A stretch of DNA of 64,000 nucleotides from an uncultured Alphaproteobacteria bacterium (GCA_963717735.1 OY970349.1:1679349-1743348); one strand, 5' to 3'; positions 20,316 through 29,826 are shown, counted from the first letter of the stretch. Numbers and translations are program-made. Notes: a model not told the origin generated them from the sequence alone.

Positions 20316-21650
20316 TTGCGACCCCAGGGAATTCGCCATCCGGCGCGGCTGGTCCCGATCGCCTTTCTCGTCGCGATCGCGATCGGGACGGCGCTGCTGA
20401 TGCTGCCGATGGCCCGGGCCGGGCCCGGCGGCGCGCCCTTCCTCACCGCCTTGTTCCACGCCACCTCGGCGGTCTGCGTGACCGGCCTGTTCACCGTCGA
20501 CACGCCGACCTACTGGTCGACCTTCGGCCTCGTCGTGATCCTGCTCCTGTTCCAGATCGGCGGGTTCGGGATCATGAGCGGCGCCACCTTGCTCGGCCTG
20601 CTCGCCGGGCGGCGGCTGCAGCTCAGCGCCCGGCTCGTCGCTCGGGAGGAGCGGGGCACGCTCGACATGAGCGACGTGCTCGACGTGCTCCGGCTGATCC
20701 TGATCCTCACGATCGGCGTCGAGCTGTTCGCCGCCGCCTGGCTCACTTTCGTCCTCCACTTCGGCCATGGCGAGCAATGGGGGCCCGCGCTGTGGATCGG
20801 CCTGTTCCATGGCGTTTCGGCGTTCACCAATGCCGGCTTCTCGACCTATTCGGACAGCCTGGTCGGCTTCCGCTCCGATTTCCTGTTCCTGTTCCCGGTC
20901 ATGGCCGGAATCCTCGCCGGCGCGCTCGGCTTTCCGGTCCTCTACGAGCTGAGGCGCGAGCCGCTCAAGCCTTCGACCTGGTCGCTGCACAGCAAGGTGA
21001 CCCTGGTCGGCAGCGCGATCCTGCTCATCGCGGGCTTCGCCGCGATCCTCGCCGCGGAATGGACCAATGCGGAGACGCTCGGCCCGATGGGCCTCGGCGA
21101 CAAGCTGCTCAACGCCGCGTTCCACTCGATCACGCCCCGCTCGGCCGGCTTCAACACGCTCGATACCGGCGCGCTTCGCATGGAGACGATCGCCGTCAAT
21201 TATGTGCTGATGTTCATCGGCGGCGGCAGCGCCGGCACCGCGGGCGGAATCAAGGTGACGACCTTCTTCCTGCTCGGCCTCGTCGTCTGGTCCGAGATAC
21301 GCGGCGAGCGCGACGTCGCCATCTTCCGCCGCCGGATCGGAACGCGGGTCGAGCGGCAGGCGCTGACCATCGTGCTGCTCGCCATCGGGCTGGTCGGGGT
21401 GGCGACGCTCATCGTCCTCGCCCTCACCGATTTCCCGTTCAGCGACGTGCTGTTCGAGACGATCTCCGCCTTCGCGACCGTGGGCCTCTCGACCGGCATC
21501 ACCGCCAGCCTGCCGCCGGGCGCGCAAATGGTTATAATCGTCCTGATGTTCGTCGGCCGGGTCGGCACCATCACCGTCGCCACGGCGCTCGCGCTGAGCG
21601 GCGGACAAAGGTCCTACCGCTATCCAGAGGAGCGCCCGATCGTTGGCTAG
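20316..21650 (+). CDS. TrkH/KtrB potassium uptake membrane protein
   Basis: SAVCVTGL, SAFTNAGFS, RSAGFN, GGIKVTT, SAFATVGLS. Confidence 0.93.
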   Translation: MRPQGIRHPARLVPIAFLVAIAIGTALLMLPMARAGPGGAPFLTALFHATSAVCVTGLFTVDTPTYWSTFGLVVILLLFQIGGFGIMSGATLLGLLAGRRLQLSARLVAREERGTLDMSDVLDVLRLILILTIGVELFAAAWLTFVLHFGHGEQWGPALWIGLFHGVSAFTNAGFSTYSDSLVGFRSDFLFLFPVMAGILAGALGFPVLYELRREPLKPSTWSLHSKVTLVGSAILLIAGFAAILAAEWTNAETLGPMGLGDKLLNAAFHSITPRSAGFNTLDTGALRMETIAVNYVLMFIGGGSAGTAGGIKVTTFFLLGLVVWSEIRGERDVAIFRRRIGTRVERQALTIVLLAIGLVGVATLIVLALTDFPFSDVLFETISAFATVGLSTGITASLPPGAQMVIIVLMFVGRVGTITVATALALSGGQRSYRYPEERPIVG

Positions 21651-22311
21651 ACCCACCACCCGCAGCAGCGCCGTGCTCGTCATCGGCCTCGGCCGCTTCG
21701 GTGCCGCCGTCGCCAACTCGCTGACCCGCATGGGCCACGAAGTGCTCGGCATTGACGCCAATCCCGCCCTCGTCCAGCGTATGTCGGACCGGCTCACCCA
21801 CGTCGTCCAGGCCGACACGACCGACGTCGACGCGCTCAAGCAGCTCGGCGTCGGCGATTTCGAGCGGGCGGTGGTCGGCATTGGCAGCGACATCGAGGCG
21901 AGCGTGCTGACCGTGCTGGCGCTCGCCGAGCTCGGCGTTTCGGTGATCTGGGCGAAGGCCACGAATGAGCGCCACGGCCGCATTCTGGAAAGCACCGGCG
22001 CCCGCCACGTCGTCTATCCGGAGGCGCGGATGGGCGAGCGTGTCGCTCACATGGTGACCGGCAAGATGATCGATTATATCGAGTTCGACGACAATTACGC
22101 GATCGTGAAGACGCGGGCGCCGGCGCAGATGGTCGGCCAGACGCTCGCCGGCTTCGGCGTGCGCAGCAAGTTCGGGGTGACGATCGTCGGCATCAAGCGG
22201 CCGAAAGAGGATTTCACCTATGCCCGGCCGGAGACCCTGGTCGAGGAGGGCGACCTGCTGATCGTCTCGGGCCGCACCGACCTGGTCGAGACCTTCTCGG
22301 CGATCACCTAG
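21643..22311 (+). CDS. TrkA/KtrA potassium uptake NAD-binding subunit
   Basis: VIGLGRFG RCK_N domain plus RCK_C. Confidence 0.93.
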   Translation: MARPTTRSSAVLVIGLGRFGAAVANSLTRMGHEVLGIDANPALVQRMSDRLTHVVQADTTDVDALKQLGVGDFERAVVGIGSDIEASVLTVLALAELGVSVIWAKATNERHGRILESTGARHVVYPEARMGERVAHMVTGKMIDYIEFDDNYAIVKTRAPAQMVGQTLAGFGVRSKFGVTIVGIKRPKEDFTYARPETLVEEGDLLIVSGRTDLVETFSAIT

Positions 22312-22479
22312 GGACAGTCGAATTACGTATTCCGTTTCGGAAGTTAAACGAAGGCGATCAGCAAATGCTGTGCTCATAATGGCGTTTGACATGCTCAAAA
22401 TCGCGCGTTAGCCATCGGCGAATAAGCCCGGTTCCGGACTTATGTAATAAACTAGAAATAATTGACCTTAGGGGGGATT

Positions 22480-22641
22480 ATGAAAGCTTTGATTTGTTCC
22501 GCGATTCTAGCGTGCTCGGTTATGGCGATGCCGGCCAATGCGGTGTCGACGCCGGTTTCTTATGACGATCTGGCGCCGGGCTGTTTCCAGCTGTTCCCGA
22601 CGGGTCCGATCATCTGCCTCGACATGCCGATCGGTCCGTAA
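22480..22641 (+). CDS. 53-aa secreted peptide (not in ORF track)
   Basis: SD AGGGGGGA; MKALICSAILACSVMAMPANA|VSTPVSYDDLAPGCFQLFPTGPIICLDMPIGP. Confidence 0.65.
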   Translation: MKALICSAILACSVMAMPANAVSTPVSYDDLAPGCFQLFPTGPIICLDMPIGP

Positions 22642-22709
22642 ATAACGGCAGCATCCTGACAACACCTATCGGGGCTGGAGATTTGCGATCTTCGGCCCCT
22701 TTTTCGTTG

Positions 22710-23759
22710 TCAGGTAGGGCCGAGCTCGGCCTCGGTCTTCGCGGTGGGCAATATCTCGACGATGCAGTCGCCCGGCCTGAGCGCCTTCGCCTCGGGTTCC
22801 CAGAAGCCGTAGGGCCGGCCGTCGCGGTAGAGGCGGACGCCGAGGCCGGTCGCGACCGCGGCGAGCGGCTGGCCGCATTCCTCGGCGGTGACCACGCGCT
22901 CGTGGAGCTGGACTCGGCCGCTCGAGGAGGCGAGGTCGGCGATATAATCGGCGATATGGGCGCCGTCGGTCGAGCCGGCGAGGAGCAGGCCGGCGAAGCT
23001 GACCGGGTTGATCACCGTGGTGGCGCCGGCCTGGCGGGCGAGCAACTCGTTGTCGGCGTTGCGGACCGCCACGCTGATCATCAGCTCTGGCGCCAAATGG
23101 CGCGCGGTCAGGGTGATCAGGATCGAGGTGTCGTCGCTGCCGGCCGAGACGACCAGGGCCTTGGCGCGGTCGACATGGACGGCGGCCAGCGTCTTGTCGC
23201 GGGTGGCGTCGGCCTGGAGGATGGCGCAGCCCAGCGATTCGGCCCGTTCGAGCGCCTCCGCTTCGCAATCCACGACGACGATGTTCGCCGCGCTGGCGCC
23301 GCGGGCGATCAGCTCGTCGACCGCTTCGGAGCCGCTGGTCCCGAAGCCGGCGACGACGACGTGGCCGCTCAGGGTGCGCTGCAATCTAGCCATTTGCCAT
23401 TTGTCCCATGTCCGGCGGAAAACGAAAGTGTAGGCGGTGCCGATGAAGATCAGCACGAAGAAGATACGGATCGGCGTCACCACCAAAGCGTCGAACATCC
23501 TTGTGTGGTCGGCCACCGGCACGACGTCGCCATAGCCGGTGGTGGTGATGCTGATCATGGTGAAATAGATGACGTCGAGGAAGCTGACATGGCCGTCGAG
23601 ATTGTCGCGCAGGCCGTCGCGCTCGAGCCAGTGCACGGCGATTGCGAAGAAGAGCAGGCCGAAGACCAGAGCGACGCGCCAGCCGATCTGAACCCAGATC
23701 GGGAGCGGGCTCTTGCGCCGCAGCAGGAGGCGATCCGGTCCGCGGGGCCTGAGGCGCAT
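22710..23759 (-). CDS. Potassium channel with RCK (TrkA-N) domain
   Basis: Selectivity filter TTTGYGD; VAGFGTSG. Confidence 0.92.
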   Translation of the reverse strand: MRLRPRGPDRLLLRRKSPLPIWVQIGWRVALVFGLLFFAIAVHWLERDGLRDNLDGHVSFLDVIYFTMISITTTGYGDVVPVADHTRMFDALVVTPIRIFFVLIFIGTAYTFVFRRTWDKWQMARLQRTLSGHVVVAGFGTSGSEAVDELIARGASAANIVVVDCEAEALERAESLGCAILQADATRDKTLAAVHVDRAKALVVSAGSDDTSILITLTARHLAPELMISVAVRNADNELLARQAGATTVINPVSFAGLLLAGSTDGAHIADYIADLASSSGRVQLHERVVTAEECGQPLAAVATGLGVRLYRDGRPYGFWEPEAKALRPGDCIVEILPTAKTEAELGPT

Positions 23760-24523
23760 CAGGGATAGAGATCCGCGATGCGCCCAAGCGACTCGTCGTG
23801 GGTCAGATCGAGATGGAGCGGGGTCACCGCGACATAACCGTCGGTTATGGCTTCGAGGTCCGTGGCGTGGCCGGGCGTGTGGATCGTCGGGCCGAGGCCG
23901 AACCAGTAATAATGATAGCCGCGCGGATCGGTGCGCTGGACGATGCGCAGCCGGCCATAGTCGCGCAGGCCCTGGCGGACGACGCGGATCCCCTTGACCT
24001 CGCCGGGCGGCAGCGCGGGGAAGTTGACGTTGACCAGGGTGCGGGGCGCCATCGGCGTGGCGATCAGCGGCTTCAGCACCTGCTCCGCCCAGGCTTCGGC
24101 GGCGGCGAAGGGGACGGTGTCGCCCATCCCCTCCCTGGCGTAGCTCTGGCTGAGCGCGATCGAGGGGATGCCGGCGAGCGCGCCCTCCATCGCCGCCGAG
24201 ACGGTGCCCGAATAAGTGACGTCCTCGCCCAGATTGGCGCCGCGGTTGACGCCGGAGAGGATGAGATCGGGCCGCTCGTCCTTCATGATCCAGGCGAGGC
24301 CCATCATCACCGCGTCGGTCGGCGTGCCGGTGACGCAGAAGCGGCGCTCGCCCAATTTGCGCAGCCGGACCGGTACGGTGAGGGTCAGTGAATGGCCGGC
24401 GCCGGATTGCTCCTCGGTCGGGGAGACGATCCAGACGTCGTCGGAAAAATTGCGGGCGATCTTCTCCAGCACCTTGAGCCCGGCCGCGTTGACGCCGTCG
24501 TCGTTGGTGAGGAGGATGCGCAT
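23759..24523 (-). CDS. surE: 5'/3'-nucleotidase SurE
   Basis: ILLTNDDG, GTPTDAV, SGVNRGANLG, YSGTV. Confidence 0.97.
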   Translation of the reverse strand: MRILLTNDDGVNAAGLKVLEKIARNFSDDVWIVSPTEEQSGAGHSLTLTVPVRLRKLGERRFCVTGTPTDAVMMGLAWIMKDERPDLILSGVNRGANLGEDVTYSGTVSAAMEGALAGIPSIALSQSYAREGMGDTVPFAAAEAWAEQVLKPLIATPMAPRTLVNVNFPALPPGEVKGIRVVRQGLRDYGRLRIVQRTDPRGYHYYWFGLGPTIHTPGHATDLEAITDGYVAVTPLHLDLTHDESLGRIADLYP

Positions 24524-24612
24524 CGGCGCCCGCTATGCCGAGGCGGCCCGATCACGGCAACCATCCTGATGCCAACTGCGTTCATTGGCGCGAACCAGCA
24601 TGGAGCGCCGAG

Positions 24613-25053
24613 ATGCAGATCCCCCATGACAGCTTCGTCCTCGTCGCCGACGGGCGCAAGAGCCTGTTCTTCCGCAACGAGGGCGACGCCCAATTCCCCA
24701 ATCTCGCGGTCGAGGAGAAGCAAATCCACGACAATCCCGCGCATCACGAGCAGGCCAGCGACACCGCGGGCCAATCGATGAAGACGATGGACGGGCGGGG
24801 CGGATCGATGGAGGAGGTCGACTTCCACGAGCTGGAGGAGAACCGCTTCGCCGCCGAGACCGCAGCGATGCTGAAGGGGCGGGCGCTCCGCAACGAGTTC
24901 GACTCGCTGGTCGTGGTGGCCCCGCCCCGAACCTTGGGCGCGCTGCGCAAACATTATCACAAGGAGGTCGAGAAAAGATTGGTCGCCGAGGTGGCCAAGG
25001 ACCTGGTCAACGCGCCGGTCGCCGAGATCGAGAAGATATTGCAGGCGCAATAG
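24613..25053 (+). CDS. Host attachment family protein (baeRF12/AtsE-like)
   Basis: VLVADGRK.LF.RNEG, FAAE, VVAPPRTLG.LR, KDL. Confidence 0.85.
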   Translation: MQIPHDSFVLVADGRKSLFFRNEGDAQFPNLAVEEKQIHDNPAHHEQASDTAGQSMKTMDGRGGSMEEVDFHELEENRFAAETAAMLKGRALRNEFDSLVVVAPPRTLGALRKHYHKEVEKRLVAEVAKDLVNAPVAEIEKILQAQ

Positions 25054-25072
25054 GCGCTGCGCCGGGCGCAAC

Positions 25073-25110
25073 GAAAAGGCCCCGCCCGGACGGACCGGAC
25101 GGGGCCTTTC
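25073..25110. terminator. Bidirectional terminator
   Basis: GAAAAGGCCCCG...CGGGGCCTTTC between convergent genes. Confidence 0.7.
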
Positions 25111-25124
25111 GCGTATCTTGGCTG

Positions 25125-26093
25125 CTAGTCCTGCTTGCGCTTGCCGAGGCGGCGGCGGGCGACCAGCGCGGCGGCGGCGGCGCCGAACAGCAGAATCATC
25201 GGCGGCGCCGGGACCTGGGTGCCGCCGGTCGAGCTGGACGAGCCGCCCGACGAGCTGGAGCTGCTGCTGGTCGAGCTCGATGCGCTGCTGCTCGACGAGG
25301 AGCTGGACGAGCCGCTGGTGCTGCCCGAGGAGCCGAAGCTGGACGAGCCGCCGGTCGCGCCGGAGCTGGTCGAGGTCGACGCGCCCGAGCTCGTCGACGA
25401 GGTGCTGGTCGAGGCGCCGGAGCTGGTCGAGCTCGTCGAGGTGCCGTTGGAGCTGGAGCTCGAGCTGCCGTGGCTCGACGATCCGTGGCTCGACGATCCG
25501 TGACTCGACGATCCGTGACTGGAGGACCCATGACTCGACGAGCCGTGGCTCGACGAACCCGACGACCCGTGCTGGTTCTGATTCTGGTTCTCGTTCTGAT
25601 TCTGGTTTTGATTCTGGTTCTGGTTTTGATTCTGGTTCTGATTTTGGTTCTGGTTCTGGCTGTTGCTGTTGTTGTTCTGGACCGTCACGATGTTGGCGCC
25701 GCTGCTGGCGCTGCTGCCGACGAAGCCGCCCGAGAAGAAGCCGCCGCCGAAGCCGAAGCCGCCGCCGCCCGAGCCGCCGACGACGACCAGGCCAGAGCTG
25801 CCGCCGCTGCTCGCCAGCGCAACCGGGGGCGGGGGAGGCGGCGCGAACATCGGCGGGATGATGGTGCGGGTGGTGACCGCGGCGGGCGCCGGGCAGGCGA
25901 CGCGCCGGACGGTGCGCCGGACGACGCGCCGGACGGTGCGGGCGCGGCGGACGTGGCCGCTCTTCGCCTTCGCCTGCTTGACGATCGCGGGCCGGGCCGG
26001 CGGGTTCTCCGCGACATGGACCGCGCCGCCGCCGATGATCGCGCCGCCGCAGGTGCAAGCGCAGAGTTTCGCCAAAGCCATTCTTACCGACAT
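25125..26093 (-). CDS. Low-complexity Ser/Gly/NQ-rich protein with PEP-CTERM-like sorting signal
   Basis: C-terminal VPAPP-hydrophobic-RRRLGKRK; signal-like N-terminus; NQ and HGSSS repeats. Confidence 0.82.
   Translation of the reverse strand: MSVRMALAKLCACTCGGAIIGGGAVHVAENPPARPAIVKQAKAKSGHVRRARTVRRVVRRTVRRVACPAPAAVTTRTIIPPMFAPPPPPPVALASSGGSSGLVVVGGSGGGGFGFGGGFFSGGFVGSSASSGANIVTVQNNNSNSQNQNQNQNQNQNQNQNQNQNQNENQNQNQHGSSGSSSHGSSSHGSSSHGSSSHGSSSHGSSSHGSSSSSSNGTSTSSTSSGASTSTSSTSSGASTSTSSGATGGSSSFGSSGSTSGSSSSSSSSSASSSTSSSSSSSGGSSSSTGGTQVPAPPMILLFGAAAAALVARRRLGKRKQD
25466..25660 (-). repeat. Coding tandem repeats: 6-bp (NQ) and 15-bp (HGSSS) units
   Basis: Repeated TTCTGG/TTCTGA hexamers and GCCGTGGCTCGACGA-like 15-mers on the + strand. 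Confidence 0.85.
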
Positions 26094-26584
26094 AACAGCA
26101 TCCCCGTTCCTGGCCGTGCAGCGGATGGAAGATCGGGTGGCCCCGGGTCCATCGCCGGTGTGGCTGTAGCGAGCGAATGCAAACGATCCCTTTAAGCGCA
26201 AGCGCGTTAACCATTTTGGGCCCGAAAAACGGCCGGATTCGGGGTGGTTGCGGCCCTTTCGTCCCAATGCTGGACAGCTTCGCGAGGGGGGTGAACGGAC
26301 CGGCTCGCCGAATTTCGCGGCATCGCGGTTAACGGCGCCGGCGATTCCCCAATTCGGCCCGAGTTCGGCGCGGGCGCCGCTCCCGGCGCCCGGCGACAGC
26401 CGGGAACAGCATGGCCGGGCGCCGGAATAGCCTAAATTTTCTACTGCGTTTGAGTGACTTGTGCTGACCAATAGCCATAGCTATAGGCGCGCTTGGGGTG
26501 GGAGGCTTAAACTAAGGCCATAAATAGGCCCCCACGCCAGGTTTCGACCCCCGGCCCAGCCGGGAGACGAGGAGTGGAGGGGTA

Positions 26585-27037
26585 ATGGCTACGCTTCATA
26601 GTGATGCTTTGAATCAGCAACATGGTCCGCAATTCGCGACCGGTTATCGTCCCAGCGCCAACGAAGAGTTCATGAACGCGGAGCAGCTCGCCTATTTCAG
26701 GCAGAAGCTGCTCGCCTGGAAGGACGGCATCGTCCGCGAGTCGCGCGAAACGATGTGCCAGCTCGCCAGCGGCCCGATGCAGGAGGCCGATCTGACCGAC
26801 CGCGCGTCGAGCGAGACGGATTGGGGGATCCATCTGCGCACCCGCGACCGGCAGCGGAAGCTGATCGCCAAGATCAATTCGGCGCTCAGGCGGATCGACA
26901 CCGGCGATTACGGCTTTTGCGAAGTGACCGGCGAGCCGATCAGCCTCGCCCGGCTCGAGGCCCGGCCGATCGCGACGATGACCGTCGAGGCGCAGGAGCG
27001 CCACGAGAAGAACGAGCGCATCAGCCGCGACGACTGA
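26585..27037 (+). CDS. dksA: RNA polymerase-binding protein DksA
   Basis: EEFMNAEQLAYFRQKL, DLTDRAS, YGFCEVTGEPISLARLEARP. Confidence 0.95.
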   Translation: MATLHSDALNQQHGPQFATGYRPSANEEFMNAEQLAYFRQKLLAWKDGIVRESRETMCQLASGPMQEADLTDRASSETDWGIHLRTRDRQRKLIAKINSALRRIDTGDYGFCEVTGEPISLARLEARPIATMTVEAQERHEKNERISRDD

Positions 27038-27101
27038 GATAAGAACGCCGCCCCGGTCGGCCGGGGCGGCGGCTCGTCTTTCGGCCTATCCGAGTCGCGC
27101 G

Positions 27102-27275
27102 CTAGTGCGGCGTCTCGCCGTTGAGTCCGGTCATCTCCTCCTTGATCTTGAGCTTTTCCTTCTTGAGCCGGGCCAATGTGGCGGTGTCCGGCAGGGGGCG
27201 CTGGCTCTCCTCGATGATCCTGGCTTCGAGGCCGGCATGCTTGGCCTGGAGGGCCGAGACGTGCGCCTGGTGCAT
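27102..27275 (-). CDS. YdcH/DUF465 family protein
   Basis: LQAKHAGLE..I..E.QRPLPD...LKKEKLKIKEE; SD GAAGGAG. Confidence 0.82.
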   Translation of the reverse strand: MHQAHVSALQAKHAGLEARIIEESQRPLPDTATLARLKKEKLKIKEEMTGLNGETPH

Positions 27276-27426
27276 TCGCATCTCCTTCTCTTTCGGTGCC
27301 GTCATCTAACCACGCCCGCCCGGCTGTGTCTCCCCCGGGCACGGCGATCCAACATATATGTACGTCAGACCGTCGAAGGTTTATTAAGGCGCCACAAAAA
27401 TCCGGATGAGGAGCGAGGGAGTGCTT

Positions 27427-27639
27427 ATGGAAGGCCACGACTCAGCTGCTCAGGATCCGGGGTCGCGACTCGCGGCCCTCAGGACTGAGCATCGGGATCT
27501 CGACAGCGCCATCGACGCATTGCGGACCATGGCGGCGAGCGACGACATTCAGCTGGCCCGGCTGAAGAAACGAAAGCTGAGATTGAAGGACGAGATCAAG
27601 ATCCTCGAGGATTTGGCGGTCCCCAACATCATTGCCTGA
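27427..27639 (+). CDS. YdcH/DUF465 family protein
   Basis: EHRDLD.AI, RLKKRKL.LKDEI, PNIIA. Confidence 0.85.
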   Translation: MEGHDSAAQDPGSRLAALRTEHRDLDSAIDALRTMAASDDIQLARLKKRKLRLKDEIKILEDLAVPNIIA

Positions 27640-27732
27640 CGGAGTGCCGCGTTTCGGCACAGAATCGCACCGCGATTCTCTTTACCTTCTTTTGCCGTTT
27701 GCGCCGCGGCGGCGCTGTGGCAGGCTTTGCGA

Positions 27733-28194
27733 ATGCGGGAAAATGAACTTCACCGGGAGCTGGCGCCCAAGCTCGTCGACGGGCTCTACGTCGAGGCGAT
27801 GGTGCTTGCCGACGAGGCACGCTCCTATTTCGACACGCACGGCCGCGACGACCGGCTCGCGCTCGACCCTGTCGACCGGGTCGGCTTCTCCTGCGAATCG
27901 CTCAAGGTGACCACGCGGCTGATGCACGTCATCGCCTGGCTGCTGACCCAGCGCGCGGTCGCGGCCGGCGAGCTGAGCCGGGTGCAGGCGGGCGACGCCG
28001 AGCGCCGACTCGGGACCGCGCCCGAAACCGACGCCGCCTTGTTCCCGCGGCTGCCGCAGGCGGCGGCGGAGCTGGTGCAGGCGAGCGAGGACTTGTACGG
28101 CCGAATCGCGCGCCTCGACGCCGGCGGCTTCGCCGAAGGGCCGGCGGGCAGCCCGGCGCGGAGCCTCCTGAACCGGCTGCAGCGCTCGTTCTAG
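27733..28194 (+). CDS. rcdA: DUF1465 family, regulator of CtrA degradation
   Basis: ESLKVTTRLMHVIAWLLTQRAV..GEL resembles the RcdA core. Confidence 0.8.
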   Translation: MRENELHRELAPKLVDGLYVEAMVLADEARSYFDTHGRDDRLALDPVDRVGFSCESLKVTTRLMHVIAWLLTQRAVAAGELSRVQAGDAERRLGTAPETDAALFPRLPQAAAELVQASEDLYGRIARLDAGGFAEGPAGSPARSLLNRLQRSF

Positions 28195-28244
28195 CCCCGC
28201 TTCGGCGGGGTGACGATAGGGCATTGAGCCGGTAAGCAGGCGCA

Positions 28245-29372
28245 GTGCAGCCCTACGAATTCCATTACGGACCGAAGCTGGTTTCCGGGCCCGGCTCGGC
28301 CGGCAGGCTCGCCGAGATGCTGCCGGCGGGGCGCTGCCTGTTCGTCACCGACGCCAATGTCCGAGCGCTCGGCCTCGCCGACGCGGCGTTGGCCGGGCTG
28401 CCCGAATTTGTCGTCTTCGATGCGGTCGAGCAGGATCCGGCGCGCGAAACCCTGATGGCGGCGGTGGCGGCCGGGGCGGGATGCGTCTCGGTCGTCGGCT
28501 TCGGCGGCGGCAGCCCGATGGACGTGGCGAAGCTGGCCGCGTACCTGATCGCCACGGGCGAGGAGCTCGATACGCTCTGGGGCGTCGGCAAGGCGCTCGG
28601 GCAGAAGCTGCCGCTCGCGCTCGTGCCGACCACCGCCGGCACCGGCTCGGAAGCGACGCCGGTGACCGTGATCACGGTCGGCGGCAGCGAGAAGCGCGGG
28701 GTCAGCGGCGCCGCCCTGCTCGCCGACTTCGCGGTGCTCGACCCTGAGCTGACCCTGAGCCTGCCGCGCCACGTCACCGCCGCGACCGGGATCGACGCCA
28801 TGGTCCACGCCATCGAGGCCTATACCTCGGCGCGGCTCAAGAACCCGATGTCGGACATGTTCGCGCGCAAGGCGCTGCGGCTGATCTCCGAAAACCTGCT
28901 CCCCGCCTGCGACCGGCCGGACGACATCGACGCGCGCGGCAAGATGCTGCTCGCCTCGCACCTGGCTGGGATCGCTTTCGCCAACGCGCCGGTCGCCGGG
29001 GTGCACGCGCTCGCTTATCCGCTCGGCGGCCATTTCCACGTTCCCCACGGCCTCTCCAATGCGCTGATGCTGACCCATGTGCTCGGCCACAATATGGAGG
29101 CGGCGCGGCCGCTTTATGCCGAGCTGGGCGCGATGCTCGACCCGTCGGTCAAGGATATCGGCCAGCAGGGCCAGGCGCAGGCCTTCGTCCAGCATCTGGC
29201 GCGGCTGTCGCGCGCGGCGGGCGTGCCGCAGCGCCTGACCGAGGTCGGCGTCGGGCCCGAGCATCTCGATTTGCTGGCATCGGAGGCGATGAAGCAGGAA
29301 CGGCTGCTGATCAACAATCCGTGCCCGATCAGCGAGGCCGACGCTCGGCGGCTCTACGAGGCCGCGCTTTGA
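28245..29372 (+). CDS. Iron-containing alcohol dehydrogenase
   Basis: GGGSPMD, PTTAGTGSE, DAMVHAIE, HGL. Confidence 0.93.
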   Translation: MQPYEFHYGPKLVSGPGSAGRLAEMLPAGRCLFVTDANVRALGLADAALAGLPEFVVFDAVEQDPARETLMAAVAAGAGCVSVVGFGGGSPMDVAKLAAYLIATGEELDTLWGVGKALGQKLPLALVPTTAGTGSEATPVTVITVGGSEKRGVSGAALLADFAVLDPELTLSLPRHVTAATGIDAMVHAIEAYTSARLKNPMSDMFARKALRLISENLLPACDRPDDIDARGKMLLASHLAGIAFANAPVAGVHALAYPLGGHFHVPHGLSNALMLTHVLGHNMEAARPLYAELGAMLDPSVKDIGQQGQAQAFVQHLARLSRAAGVPQRLTEVGVGPEHLDLLASEAMKQERLLINNPCPISEADARRLYEAAL

Positions 29373-29809
29373 ATCGCGACGCGATGAAGGGGAGGAGCGC
29401 CTATCCGGTCTGGCGCGAGATCGCCACCCGCTGGGCCGACAACGACGCCTACGGCCACGTCAACAACACGATATATTATGCCTGGTTCGACACCGCGGTG
29501 AACGGCTGGCTGATCGAGGCGGGGCTGCTCGACATCGCGAAAGGCGACCCGATCGGCCTCGTCGTCGAGACCGGCTGCCGCTACGCACAATCGCTGACCT
29601 ATCCCGAACCGGTCGAGATCGGCCTCGGCGTCGAGCGGCTCGGCAATTCCAGCGTCACCTACCGGCTCGGCGTCTTCGCCAAAGGTGCGGAGGAGCCGGC
29701 GGCGGAAGGCCACTTCACCCATGTCTATGTCGGCCGCGAGAGCCGGTTGCCGGCGGCGCTGCCGGCCGAATGGAGGGCGCCGCTCGAGAAAATCCGCTTG
29801 AGCGCGTGA
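29369..29809 (+). CDS. Acyl-CoA thioesterase (4HBT family)
   Basis: RWADNDAYGHVNN. Confidence 0.9.
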   Translation: MNRDAMKGRSAYPVWREIATRWADNDAYGHVNNTIYYAWFDTAVNGWLIEAGLLDIAKGDPIGLVVETGCRYAQSLTYPEPVEIGLGVERLGNSSVTYRLGVFAKGAEEPAAEGHFTHVYVGRESRLPAALPAEWRAPLEKIRLSA

Positions 29810-29826
29810 TAGCACGTTGCTATCAT
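29798..29826 (+). promoter_or_regulatory. Sigma70 promoter (TTGAGC-N17-TATCAT) overlapped by operator TGATAGCA-N3-TGCTATCA
   Basis: Perfect 8-bp inverted repeat at 29807-29825. The ATG lies 8 nt after the -10 box, suggesting a leaderless mRNA. Confidence 0.75.

Noticed and set aside
25118-26195. Plus-strand ORFs with ELDE/VLIL repeats
   Set aside because: These are antisense shadows of the low-complexity PEP-CTERM-like gene.
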